Below, one piece after another: positions 38,601-49,800 of a stretch of DNA of 64,000 nt; the first letter of the stretch is position 1, and every line of letters starts with the position of its first letter. The notes under the pieces are model-generated. The model searched no databases, was not told the origin of the DNA, and saw only the letters and a program-made list of their open reading frames with translations. The DNA is from a virus. Both the position numbers and the translations under genes were made by a program. The stretch lies in the IMG/VR virus record IMGVR_UViG_3300010885_023630, positions 32,001-96,000 of that record; one strand, 5' to 3'.

Positions 38601-38772
38601 TGTACACAACGGTACATCAGCAAACATAACAAGTTTTAGTCGTTCGACAACATCGGGTAACACACTAACAACATTAACTGGCGCAGTTTCTGGCAGTAAT
38701 TTCCAGTTATCAGCAACAACGACAAACAACAATACTGTATTGAGAATTCGTAAAAATTATCAATCTTTATAA
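35641..38772 (+). CDS. Long tail fibre protein
   Basis: 1043 aa; IGN.T.GTGAFTT repeats, GALVVTGGVGI motif; late promoter 35611-16. Confidence 0.75.
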   Translation: MANLTRIQNNQITDSTIQASAKLASGSITGNLLASTVTFNSNITILGNLTVANNYVQLNSINTYINDPLVVFNNGYNGSPSYDIGILVNRNLQTLSGYGGVNTAFVWKEADSAFEAIATTETGTLAGSINNSGWANIKTGNATINGTATITSILGVTGDATFTTGNIAGLQVKALGNVTPGTGAFTTVSTTGNLTVGGLMSITGNIVPSANVTYSLGTPTNRFKDLWLSGSTMYLGGFVLSEDVNGNINLTTNNGNRLTIVGTVANTVITTGNIVAPYHLGNIVGAIATHTTITTAGLQAQAIGNVTAGTGAFTTVTAGGLQAQSIGNITPGTYVFTTGSVAGLQAQSIGNATPGTGAFTTLTASGVTQVTNATASTATNNGALVVTGGVGIGGDLNVGGQTLLTGNVSIGGNLTVTGQSVSIGSTSLSINDPIINLHTPSDLTPLTSNDGADIGIKFHYYNGADKAAFLGMANDSKMLEWYDSGSDTGNVFSGTNYGGIKAGRLILSNASVLGGGLSANTGTFQVYGDGSINGNLYVGAAFLAGTASFAAINSTVIGNITPAAGTFTYVTVTQGFSSANARIVGAQSYIGGGTQIANVSAQYGTFPNLSSTNVLVSGGSLTNLTQVTATNVDAGTIVTTNLGSGNARIAGGYADNFAIGSNTAATGRFTTLTSTGVTTSSGNLVANSQVNSTNSTSGALTVVGGAGIAANVFVGGATTFGSNQTAGYDHIVMGKNDATLMWARSGVVYDQVLIGNTATVSNLVRGAKLIVNSTDSMILPAGTNAQRPSSTLGSDTEGMFRYNTTAHAPEYFNGTTWQSIVPNYTVITDETFTGTGSQYNFTLGASSTTAGTIVAINGVIQFPTFAYSVTGATLTFTEAPLTTDVIDVRRLTTTSQVTTLASVNGYMTISTDNNGVYISTGTVAPVVTTSWNTSGAEVNSTGNAVVTTASTPTVVDSFDATLYSSAEYTITSTIQGTNVREIVKVLAVHNGTSANITSFSRSTTSGNTLTTLTGAVSGSNFQLSATTTNNNTVLRIRKNYQSL

Positions 38773-38804
38773 GTATATAATAGCCAACAGGGAGATATGG
38801 AACT

Positions 38805-39107
38805 ATGGCAAATAGCAACTTTGTAGTACACAACGGACTCACAGTAGGTCCGTTAACAATTGACGCCGCAACTGGTACAGTTAGCACAACCGGCGCTCTT
38901 GGCACAAATTATCTTAATTCATCGCAATCAACATTTCCGGGCAACACCGGTAACATCGATTACATGGTTAATGGTGGCGTTGAGTCTTATGTAGGCGCAA
39001 ACGTAGATCCCTTTGGTGCTTCTCTTAGTACGTTAACTTGGTATGATTGTATGAACCCAAATAACGTATTAGTTACACTAGAATTAGGGTCGAACTCGTC
39101 GATCTAA
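38805..39107 (+). CDS. Small fibre-associated protein
   Basis: TAAGTA promoter 38770-75, GGAG/GGAA RBS, MANSNFVVHNGL start. Confidence 0.6.
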   Translation: MANSNFVVHNGLTVGPLTIDAATGTVSTTGALGTNYLNSSQSTFPGNTGNIDYMVNGGVESYVGANVDPFGASLSTLTWYDCMNPNNVLVTLELGSNSSI

Positions 39108-39137
39108 GATAAATAACATTAATAAGGATAATTTAAA

Positions 39138-39806
39138 ATGCCAACACAAGTACAATTTAGACGTGGAACAGCTACCCAAAGTAACGCTTTTACAGGGGCG
39201 GCTGGTGAAATTACAATCGATACAACAGCTCAATCCATTCGTGTACACGATGGTTCAACAGCTGGTGGTAGCCAATTGCTGTCAGCAGGTGGTACACAAA
39301 CATTAACAAACAAAACAATTGGTGCCGCTACTATTTCTGGTAACTTAACACCAAGCTCCAACGTTGCGTTTAACGTTGGTAGCGTAAGTAGCTGGTTTAA
39401 CAACTTTTACGGTTCTGCTGTACACGCATTATACGCTGACTTGGCAGAAAACTACTTGGCCGATGCTTATTATCCAGCTGGTACAGTTGTAAAACTAGGC
39501 GGCTCTGCTGAGATTACTCAAGCTACTAACAATAGTACTGCTGTTTTAGGAGTTGTATCTGCTAACCCAGCATATTTGATGAATGGTGGTTTACAAGGTT
39601 CTTATGTAACACCAGTAGCGTTAGTTGGTCGCGTTATGGTTAACTGCCGTGGACCAGTAAACAAAGGTGACATAATGGTTGCTGGTGACGGTGGCTATGC
39701 TATCCCTAATAACAGCCCAGCAAACGGTGCTATGATTGGTAAAGCGGTTGGTTTTACATCAGCTCCAGGATTTAGCGAAGTTGAGGTTGTAATCGGTAAC
39801 GGTTAA
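39138..39806 (+). CDS. Fibre protein: Mtd-N-like N-terminus plus peptidase-G2/IMC-like C-terminal domain
   Basis: MPTQVQFRRGT...GEITIDT...VHDG and YADLAENY...GVVSANPAYLMN...VALVGRV. Confidence 0.7.
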   Translation: MPTQVQFRRGTATQSNAFTGAAGEITIDTTAQSIRVHDGSTAGGSQLLSAGGTQTLTNKTIGAATISGNLTPSSNVAFNVGSVSSWFNNFYGSAVHALYADLAENYLADAYYPAGTVVKLGGSAEITQATNNSTAVLGVVSANPAYLMNGGLQGSYVTPVALVGRVMVNCRGPVNKGDIMVAGDGGYAIPNNSPANGAMIGKAVGFTSAPGFSEVEVVIGNG

Positions 39807-39831
39807 TAACTTAACAAGTTTTAAACACAAT

Positions 39832-39860
39832 AAAGGGCGCACCATGCGCCCTTTTCTTTT
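39832..39860 (+). terminator. Rho-independent terminator
   Basis: AAAGGGCGCA-CCA-TGCGCCCTTTTCTTTT. Confidence 0.88.
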
Positions 39861-39895
39861 AGCGATAAATATATAAAAGATCACGGAAAAAGTAA

Positions 39896-41047
39896 ATGGC
39901 ATTAACCCGTCCCAATTATAACAACTTAAACACTACTATTGAAGTATTGTTAGATCCGATAACGGTCTTAAACGGCAATTCAAAAGCGGCCAATTTAGAC
40001 ATTGGTTTCATAATGAATCGCGACAGCGGTTTAACAGCATCAAATGTCGCATTGTACTGGTCAGAAACAACCCAAAGTTTTGTACACGCCTTTACATCAA
40101 ACTCAGGAATAACAAATACCCCAATTACCGCCAGCAGTTACGCACCTGTCACAGTTGGCGGAATTAATACCTCCGGTAATATATTAACAATTGGCGCAAC
40201 TTTATTACGTCTTGATCAAGACATAAAGTACCCTTACACATTTGATATTGGAACTTACGGTCACTATATAGGTGGCGAAGCTAATACTACAGTACATACC
40301 GGGGTAGTACGCAATCATAATAACGATACCTGGACATTTTTTGGCAATTTAGCAACTGAACCAGTTAACGGAGCAGTAGTTAATTGGAACGATACTACAA
40401 TTATCTATGACCCAATTAAAGCAGGTCAGTTAACTTTAGCAAATACCACAGTAAGTACAAGCTCAACAACAGGAGCATTAGTAGTCGGCGGCGGCGCAGG
40501 CATTGCTGGTAACTTATATGTTGGCGGAAACTTAACAGTAGCCGGCACAGTAACATTTACAAACAGCGTAATAGAAACTAGTACAGAAACTGTACTTGGA
40601 GTAGAAATTGTTGGCGGAAACTTAGTAGCAAATTCTGGAGTAGCAAGTACAAGTACTACAACAGGTGCCTTGGTTGTACAAGGTGGTGTTGGTATTAGCG
40701 GCAATTTAAACGTAGGCGGTACTATTGCTGGTGTCAGTAACGCTTACGTAGACCGAGGCGTCGACTTAAATGACTGGAATACGGTCACTACAATGGGCGT
40801 TTATTTGGTAAATAGAAGTAGTTGGTCTGGAACTAGCAATACACCGTTAAATTCGATGAATTTTTATGGTGCCTTGGAAGTTATAAACTCCGGAAACGTG
40901 AGTATAACTCAAAATTACAGACCTTACGATAGTAGTTCTACTAGCAGTAAAAACGTTTATTGGACTAGGAGCAAGTTCAATAGTACGTGGACCGGATGGG
41001 TAGAAATTATTAACGGAGCAGAAGCATTAGATGGCGGTAGTTTTTAA
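39896..41047 (+). CDS. Tail fibre protein with knob-like C-terminus
   Basis: STTTGALVV.GG.GI repeats; C-terminal DLNDW...GVY...WTRSKFNSTWTGW; ends DGGSF. Confidence 0.7.
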   Translation: MALTRPNYNNLNTTIEVLLDPITVLNGNSKAANLDIGFIMNRDSGLTASNVALYWSETTQSFVHAFTSNSGITNTPITASSYAPVTVGGINTSGNILTIGATLLRLDQDIKYPYTFDIGTYGHYIGGEANTTVHTGVVRNHNNDTWTFFGNLATEPVNGAVVNWNDTTIIYDPIKAGQLTLANTTVSTSSTTGALVVGGGAGIAGNLYVGGNLTVAGTVTFTNSVIETSTETVLGVEIVGGNLVANSGVASTSTTTGALVVQGGVGISGNLNVGGTIAGVSNAYVDRGVDLNDWNTVTTMGVYLVNRSSWSGTSNTPLNSMNFYGALEVINSGNVSITQNYRPYDSSSTSSKNVYWTRSKFNSTWTGWVEIINGAEALDGGSF

Positions 41048-41060
41048 AGGATAAGAAAAA

Positions 41061-42614
41061 GTGGCAAACACAATATTACATAAACGATCGAGTACGCAAG
41101 GTAAAGTACCGTTAACTGGTAACCTGTCGCTTGGTGAATTGAGCATTAACACCTTTGACGGTCGTTTATATACCTTAAAGAACGATGGCTCTGCTACTAT
41201 TGCCGACTTAAGCCAAAATGATAAAATTACCTTAAGCGGCGACGCAACAGGTACAAGTACCAACCCTGCCGCAGGTTCTAATTGGAGTAACTTAGCAGTA
41301 ACATTGGCAAGCACTGGCGTTGTTGCTGGTAACTATGGTAGCCCAACTTCTATTCCGACAGTTGTTGTTGACGCAAAAGGTCGTGTACTAAGCGTAACAA
41401 CAAACGCAATCAGCTCATCAATTACTTTGGGTGCCAGTTCTGGTGCCAATGGATCGGTATCTACTGGTGGTACATTAACACTATTAGGTGCCGGTGGTAT
41501 TACAACCACAGTGGCATCTGGCACATACACAATTACAGCAAGCGGTACATCGCCGACTGCTAACGTTAGCTTATACGATTCAATTAGTACTACTCCTGCG
41601 ACAAGTACTGTTTATTATCCACAGTTGTCAAGCACATTAAATGGCAATACACTAACACAGGCCAACGTTAATTTAGCATTTAACCCTGGCGTTGGCCAAG
41701 GTACGTTATATATTCCGCAAGTTGTTGCTACTACTGTAGTGGCGTCAACAATCGGTAATGCTACCAGTGCCATAATTGGTACAACTGCCGCAATCGGTAC
41801 AGTTAACGCTAACCAAATTAACGCGGCAACAATTGGTAATACTGGAGCAGTAATTACTGGTGCCACAGTTACTACAACAGGTAACGTTGTTGTTGGACAA
41901 AACTTAACAGTTACAGGTAACTTAACTGTACAGGGCCAAAATACTATTATTGGTTCTCAAGATTTAACAATCAATGACTCAGTAATTAATTTACATACCT
42001 TTGCTAACTTGGCACCATTGAGCGGTGACGATGGCAGAGATATTGGTTTAAAATTCCACTACTATAAAACCAGTGACAACCTGGCATTCCTGGGTTGGGC
42101 TAACGATACTGGCTATTTAGAATATTATGCCGCTGGATCGGAAAGCAACGCCAACGTTTTTGCTGCCGGCACATATGGTACAATTAAATCTGGCGAATTA
42201 GTTTTAGCCAATTCAACAGCAAGTACAAGTACAACAACCGGCGCATTGCGTGTTGCTGGTGGAGCAGGCATTGGCGGTGCGTTATATGCTACTCAAGTTT
42301 ATGATAATGGTAATCGTGTATTAACAACCGCAACTACACACGGTAACGCGGCAAGCGGAACAGATGTTACAGTAAGTGGAGCTTATAATAATTTAACGTT
42401 AACATTGGTTAACATAGCTTCAGCCGGAACATATGGTAATGCTACTTATAGTCCAGCTGTTACATTAAACACAAAAGGTTTAGTAACTAGTATTTTGCCA
42501 ACGTTAATTACACCAGCGTGGTCTAGTATTACAGCTACACCAACTACACTAAGTGGTTATGGTATTACAGATGCGTTAAGCACCAGCTCAACAGTTGATG
42601 GTGGTGTTTATTAA
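41061..42614 (+). CDS. Tail fibre protein
   Basis: KRS...P...LSLGELSINTFDGRLY N-terminus, VDAKGRV repeats, PTTLSGYGITDA; ends DGGVY. Confidence 0.75.
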   Translation: MANTILHKRSSTQGKVPLTGNLSLGELSINTFDGRLYTLKNDGSATIADLSQNDKITLSGDATGTSTNPAAGSNWSNLAVTLASTGVVAGNYGSPTSIPTVVVDAKGRVLSVTTNAISSSITLGASSGANGSVSTGGTLTLLGAGGITTTVASGTYTITASGTSPTANVSLYDSISTTPATSTVYYPQLSSTLNGNTLTQANVNLAFNPGVGQGTLYIPQVVATTVVASTIGNATSAIIGTTAAIGTVNANQINAATIGNTGAVITGATVTTTGNVVVGQNLTVTGNLTVQGQNTIIGSQDLTINDSVINLHTFANLAPLSGDDGRDIGLKFHYYKTSDNLAFLGWANDTGYLEYYAAGSESNANVFAAGTYGTIKSGELVLANSTASTSTTTGALRVAGGAGIGGALYATQVYDNGNRVLTTATTHGNAASGTDVTVSGAYNNLTLTLVNIASAGTYGNATYSPAVTLNTKGLVTSILPTLITPAWSSITATPTTLSGYGITDALSTSSTVDGGVY

Positions 42615-42690
42615 GATTTAAAGCCGGGAGATTTTTATCTCTTAGCCGTTGGTTTTTACCGACACATAACGGGCCTTATTAGGTTAGGAA

Positions 42691-43812
42691 ATGGCGAACA
42701 CAGTTTTATTAAAACGTAGTTCGGTGGCCGGTAAGGTCCCACAAACTACAGACTTATCGTATGGTGAACTCAGCATAAACTATGCTGATGGTGTTCTCTG
42801 GTATAAAAAATCCGATAATACAGTCAATCCTCTTAACTCCGTTGTCTACGGAGGAACAGTCAATGCCCTTACCTACACTAATGCGTCAAACGTATTAGTA
42901 AACTCGTCGGCATTAACATTTAACCCAAGCGGTAACATATTAACAGTCAGTGGCAACATAACAGCCGCTAACGTCTCTACGGCCGGATCTATTAGAGCCG
43001 CAGGCCCATTAGGGCAGTCAGCATTTATCAGTGCTGGTAATAACCAACTTGGAGGTGTTGGGTATCATGGCTTCTTAGAAGTTACTAACACGGCTGCAAC
43101 TAATCCTAACAAGTATTTCCGTTTAGATAGTGCTGGTACTATTCAAATTATCAATAGTGCCTATAGTCAAACTATATTCAATTTAACTGACGCAGGCGAT
43201 TTTACAGTTCCGGGTAAAATTACATCTGGTAACGTAATCAGTTCCGGTTACGGATCGTTTGCTGGAACATTTAATGAAAGCACAACCACAGCTGGTGTAT
43301 ATGCTGGTATTGCTGGATCACCACCAGCAAGTCCTCGCATTGGTTTGTTTAACGGTAATAGCGCACAAAATTGGCAAATAGATAACTACAACGGTTCATT
43401 CCGCTGGTTTACTCCTGGTGTGTCAAGAATGTCGTTAGATGGCAATACCGGCCAACTAAGTGTAACAGCTACAGTATCAGCAGACAAATTTACTACTACT
43501 AGTGGTATATTCTGGGCCAACGGAGCCGCATATTCAGCTGGTGGCGGCAGTAGCTTCACTGGTGGTATTATCGCCAGCGATATCTATCCCAATGCCAACG
43601 TAACTGTAAATTTAGGACAAGCGGCCTCGCGTTATTGGTCTAACGTATATACAAGTAATGTAATTGTTAGTAACGGCATATTTTGGGCCAACGGGACTAC
43701 ATTTAGTTCTGGGGCCGCAGATTCGCTAAATAGCTATATTGATGGTGGCGGCGCCACAACTGTATATTATGCAGCAACAGATGTAATACTAGATGCGGGA
43801 GCTTCACACTAA
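42691..43812 (+). CDS. Tail fibre protein
   Basis: Paralogous LKRSS...GELSINYADG N-terminus; GIFWANG repeats. Confidence 0.7.
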   Translation: MANTVLLKRSSVAGKVPQTTDLSYGELSINYADGVLWYKKSDNTVNPLNSVVYGGTVNALTYTNASNVLVNSSALTFNPSGNILTVSGNITAANVSTAGSIRAAGPLGQSAFISAGNNQLGGVGYHGFLEVTNTAATNPNKYFRLDSAGTIQIINSAYSQTIFNLTDAGDFTVPGKITSGNVISSGYGSFAGTFNESTTTAGVYAGIAGSPPASPRIGLFNGNSAQNWQIDNYNGSFRWFTPGVSRMSLDGNTGQLSVTATVSADKFTTTSGIFWANGAAYSAGGGSSFTGGIIASDIYPNANVTVNLGQAASRYWSNVYTSNVIVSNGIFWANGTTFSSGAADSLNSYIDGGGATTVYYAATDVILDAGASH

Positions 43813-46800
43813 TGGCAACAAGAATTCAGGTTAGACGCGATACACTTGCGAATTGGACATTATTTAATCCAATACTTGCCAACGGTGAAATCACCTATGT
43901 AACAGACACAGCTTTTATCAAAGTTGGTGATGGTACAACAGCATGGAATAGTTTACCGTATGCTACACAAATTGGTAACGTTTCCCTTGGCCCAACCGGC
44001 GCAGTTACTGGCGGATCTGCTACCTTTGTTGCCAACATCACTGGCGGTAACATTATTGCCAACACAGCAACATACAGCGCACAGTATAATTATGCCAACG
44101 GCGTTTCAATCTTAGCATCGTTTAACTCGTTTGCTTCTTATGCCAATGCTAACTTAGGCACAGCAACTACAAACATCTCAGCATTACAAGCCAACGTTGG
44201 CGCATACGAAATTTATGCCAATGCCAACTTAGGTACGGCCACTACAAACATTACTACGTTGTTTAGTAATGCCGCAAGTCAACAGACTACAATAAATTTA
44301 CATGATGCCAATTTAGGCACAGCAACTACAAACATTACTACATTGTTTAGTAATGCCGCGGCACAGGCAACTACCTTAAACATTCATGACGCTAACTTAG
44401 GTACTGCTACTACAAACATTCAAACTTTAAGTGCCAACATTGGCGCTTATGAGTTATATGCCAATACAAGCCTTTCAACACTAACTGCTAATGCCGGTAC
44501 ACAACAAGCATCTATTGACAGTTTAAGAACAACTGCCAATGCCAACACAGCCGCATACTTGGCCGCTGGTGTTGCTACTGTTAAAGTTACAAATAGTACA
44601 GAAGCAACTGGAGCTGCAACCGGAGCATTCCAAGTCACTGGCGGAGCCAGCATTGGTGCTAACTTATACATTGGCGGTAACTTAATTGTTTCTGGTAATA
44701 CATACGAATTACAAACAGAAATTATTAGTCAAAGCGTTGTTGTTGCCGCTAACGTAACTGCTGGCGCATACTTCTACGCAAACGGCACACCATTAAATTA
44801 TGGTAACGTACAAGCTGCCGCTTACTTGGCAAGTAATACTGATCCTACTATCAGTAACCTAAATGGCAATGCCGCGGCCCAGGCAGTATCTATTAACGCT
44901 ATCAATGCTAACTTAGGTACAGTAGTTGCTACAACGATTCCAGCAATCAACGCTAACATTGGTACAATAGTTGCTACTACTATACCTACTATCCAAGCTA
45001 ACCTTGGTGCGTATGAATTCTGGGCTAACACAAACTTTGCCTATGCGAATACAACATTCGCAACAGGCGCAAGCACATCGGCAATACAAGCCAACTTAGG
45101 TGCTTACCAAATTTATGCTAATGCCAATTTAGGCACAGCAACAACTAACATTACTACCCTGTTTAGTAATGCCGCAAGCCAACAAACATCAATTGACAGT
45201 TTAAGAACTGGTGCTAATGCCAATACCACAGCGTTCTTAACTACACTGGCATTTACAGCCCCAACTGCCAACGTCAGTTTGTACGATAGCGTAACTCCTA
45301 CAACTACTAACGCAATTTTCTATCCACAGTTAGTAGATAAAACTTCTGGTAACGTTGCTGGTTATACTGCTGGACTATCATATAATCCAAGTACTGGTTA
45401 CTTGTATGCTAATTATGGCACATTTAATAGTGTCTATGCCGCTGCCTTTGGCAACTTAAACTCAACCTTTACTGGCGCAAGTATTAGCACAACCAACGGT
45501 TACATTGGTACAATTAATGCCTCGACTATCAATGCCGCAACTATTGGTAACACTGGTGCTACACTAACTGGTACTCTATCAACTGCTACACAAAATAGTG
45601 TAACTACAATGACTGGATTGACCTTAATTGGTACAGCCAGTCAAACAACAACAGTAGCAGGCAATTTAACAATTGGCGGCAACTTATCAGTTACAGGTCA
45701 AAGTGTAAGTATTGGTTCAAGTACATTAAGTGTTGCTGATCCAATTATTAACTTACACACAGCTAGTGACTTAACTCCGTTACTAAGTAACGATGGCGCA
45801 GACATTGGTCTCAAGTTTCATTATTATGACACAGCGGATTCGGCAGCATTTGTTGGTCGTGCCAACGATACAGGATTTTTAGAGTGGTACAGTCGAGGTA
45901 GCGACACTGGTAACGTATTCACTGGAACTGCCTACGGCACAATTAAGACAGGCGCACTTTGGTTAGCTAACACAACTGCTAGTACTGGTACAACTTCGGC
46001 TACTGCTGGCGCATTATACGTAGCAGGCGGAGCCGGTATTGCTGGCGCATTAAACGTTGGCGGTACTATTACAGCCGCAGGTGTTAACTTAGTAGCAACA
46101 ATCAATTCCCAAGACGCTAACATCGGTACTATTGTTGCTACTACTATCCCGGCTATTAATGCCAACATCGGTACTATTGTTGCTACTACTATCCCGGCTA
46201 TTAATGCCAACTTGGGTGCGTATCAAACGTTTGCTAACGCCAATGCCGCAAGCCAGCAAACACAGATTAATAACATTGTCACAACTGCTAATGCTAACGT
46301 CGCGGCCAGCTTACAAAACTTTACAACTAATATTGTAAGCACAGCAAACGTTACAGCCAATAACTTTGTGGGCAATAATGCCACAATCAATGGCGCAAAC
46401 AATACTGCCATGACTATTGCTGACGGCGGTACTGGTATTGCAAACTGGACTCTAAAGCGTTACACTCAAGGTAATCCGTTATTCTCTACAGTTGAAGGTA
46501 ACGGTACTGGATTGTTCTTTAAACCTGATGGTACTGTTATGTATTTTTCAGGTCAGACCGGTGACCGTATAAGTGAATATGCGCTGTCAACTCCTTGGGA
46601 TATAACTACTGCTACTAACGTGGCTGCGTCTGGAACAAGTATTCTATCACAGGATACTAGCAATCGTGCTATATTCCTCAAGTCAGACGGTACTAAGATG
46701 TACATGCAAGGCAGTGGCACTCAACGTGTGTACGAATATACGTTGAGTACTGCCTGGTGGAGTAATACTGCCAGTAACGTAGGAGCATTTGTTGGTAACG

Positions 46801-49800
46801 CCTGGTACGGTACTACTCCAAACGGATTACAGTTCAATTCAACTGGTAGTCGGATGTATGTAGCAAACAGCGCAGGTAACATACAGGTATTTTCACTGTC
46901 AACTCCTTGGTCAGTAAACTCAGCCAGCTACAACAGCTATTTCTATGCTAACAACTCAGTAGAAAGCGCATATCAAGGATTTAGCTTCAACAGTTCTGGT
47001 AACAGTTTGGTTCTAGCAGGATCTACTGTCAGTAAAGGATTTGTACAGTATAATCTAGCCACACCGTATGATTTGACTACAGCGGTCTATGCTGGCAGAC
47101 AGTACTACAGAGATCCAGTTGGCGGCGATAATGGTGCTTCTGGTGTATATGGTATATATTATGCCGATTCAGTTAACAGCGTGTTTGCACTGGACCAGAC
47201 CAGTGACGTGGTATCACAATGGAGTACCAATACATCGGGTGTCAAGGTAACCAGCACTGGTACTACATTATTTGACGGTAACATAGTAAACTTAGCCAAC
47301 GTGGTAGTGGTCCAACCAGGTATATCAGCAGGCCAGCCAGGATACGTAAACATATTTGGTAACATCATCGCCAGTGGGGTCACACAAAACCATTACATTG
47401 GCGGCACGATAAATTTTAGTACGATCTCAGGCACATCAGTTTCGGTCACGAATATTACGGCAACTGGTAACAGCACGATCAACAGCGGCACTGGTACCAG
47501 TTTAACTAGCTTGGTTACAGGCGCAGTTGCATCTGGCAGTATAAAACTCGTTAATTTGGCCACCGGTGGTGTAGCAGGTTCTAACAGCAACGTTACAATT
47601 GGACCAACACTAGGTGTTGGTAATGTGTTCTTCCAAACAGCAACAACGGTTAATATTGCCAATGCTACGGCCTCAACAAGTACTACTTCAGGAGCATTTG
47701 TAGTAGCTGGCGGTGTTGGTATCGGTGGCGATGTGTTTAGTGGCGGTAATTATAATATTGGTTCATACAATCGTGCAGTACCAACAATTTATTACAGCAA
47801 TTCGGCAACAGGACAATATTCGGCACATTTAGTACAACGAGCAAACGTTGAGCTTTGGTTAGCTGGTGCTAACCCTTCAGAAAACTATGTTATTAGAAAT
47901 AATGCCACAACAGATTGGCTCACAGTAGCAAACGTCACTGGTAACGTTGTATTAAGTTCAACTACTACAAGCACAAACACAACAACTGGTGCATTGGTTG
48001 TTGGCGGCGGAGTTGGTATTACTGGTTCTCTTTACGCAAGCAGTCTAGGATCGTTTGCTGGTGGGGTTATAACCAACCAACTATCATCAAGTAGCGCATC
48101 GGCAAGACTATACACTGATGTTCAATCTAACGTTACAATTGGTGGAACTACAAGCAACGTTACTATTCTTGGTAACTTAATTGTTTCTGGCAACATCTAC
48201 GAACTACAAACAGAAATTATCAATCAAAGTGTCGTTGTTGCCTCTAACGTGTCAGCAACATTGTTTACCTATGCCAACGGCACTGATATTACAACACAAA
48301 TTAGTACTTTGCGTAGAGGTGCTGGTCTAAGTAACGTAAACATTGCCACAGGTAATGACGTAATTACATTTGGTGTTTACAACCCTTCTACAGGAACAGC
48401 GGCAAACTCATTTACGGTTTGTTCAAACATTGTTCACGTTAACACAAACTTACGTGTATTTAACAACTCACAGTTAGACGGAACTCTTGGCGTTGCTGGC
48501 AATGTTATTGTTAGTAACATTGCTGGTTCAAACTTTACATGGAGCAACGGTGTAAGTATTTTACAAGGAGTCGGCGGCACCTATACCAACTCTAACGTGG
48601 CCGCTTACTTGCCAACTCATACCGGTAACATAACTGGCGCAAACTTTATTGGTAATATTCGTTCACCTGGATTGACCAATATAGTCTACATAACCGGTAA
48701 CCTTATTCCAAGTCAAAGTAACGTATACAGTTTGGGTAGCGCAACCAATTGGTTTACTGGACTATACATCAGCGGTAACACAATTAACCTAGGTGGTCAA
48801 ACAATTAAATCCACATCAACTGGTTTTAGTTTCCAAACAGCAGGTGGTGGACGATTTGACTACGATGATACCTACGGTGGTTTCACAAACTTCTACTCAG
48901 CAGGCGGACAACAACCCGATCCTGCTCAGATGTACAATTTAAAACTGACCGGTGGATACGCTACTCAAAATGCCACAACTGGTGCGTTAGTAGTCAACGG
49001 CGGTATTGGCCTAAATGGCAATCTGTATAGTAGTCAAAACATATTTGGCGCAGATTTTATCTTAACTGGTACCGGGCAATCAATTTCTACCGTTTATGCC
49101 GGCAATACTTATGTTCAGAGTTTAGTCACTACAGCTAACACAGGTGTTGTAAATTATGTAAACACCAAAGTAAATGCTGTACAAGATGGATTAAATTTTG
49201 CCAATGCTTCTCTTACAGCCGCTAACTCAGCAATAATTGTTGCCAACACATCAATGCGTGGTTATGTAGATACTGCCAACACCAGTATGAAAGCGTATGT
49301 TGATGGACAAATTACTGCTCAAAGTACAGCAACAGTCTCGTACGTTGCTGGTGTAAACAATGCCATAACCACAGCAATTAACTCTAACATTACTACAGTT
49401 AACTCTGCTATTACAACTGCCAACGCTGGTGTAGTAAGTTATGTTGATGCTAAATTTGGTAGCTTATCAACTGGAGCTAATGCTAACACGGCCGCTTACC
49501 TGAGTAACTATTCAGGTAATGTTGTAGCTGGTAACATTCTGGCTACTGGATTTTACTTTGCCAATGGAACACCATTTATCAGCGCCAGCGGCGGTAGTGG
49601 AACATATAGCAATGCCAATGTAACAAGTTATCTACCAGTTTACTCTGGTAATATTAGTGCCACAAATGTTAATACTACATCTCTATACGCTACAAACATA
49701 TATTCTACATATAGTAATGCTACGCTAACACAATCGTATCAGCCATATATTACCACAGTTGGTAACTTAGCAAACTTAACAGTTGCTGGAAATATTACAG

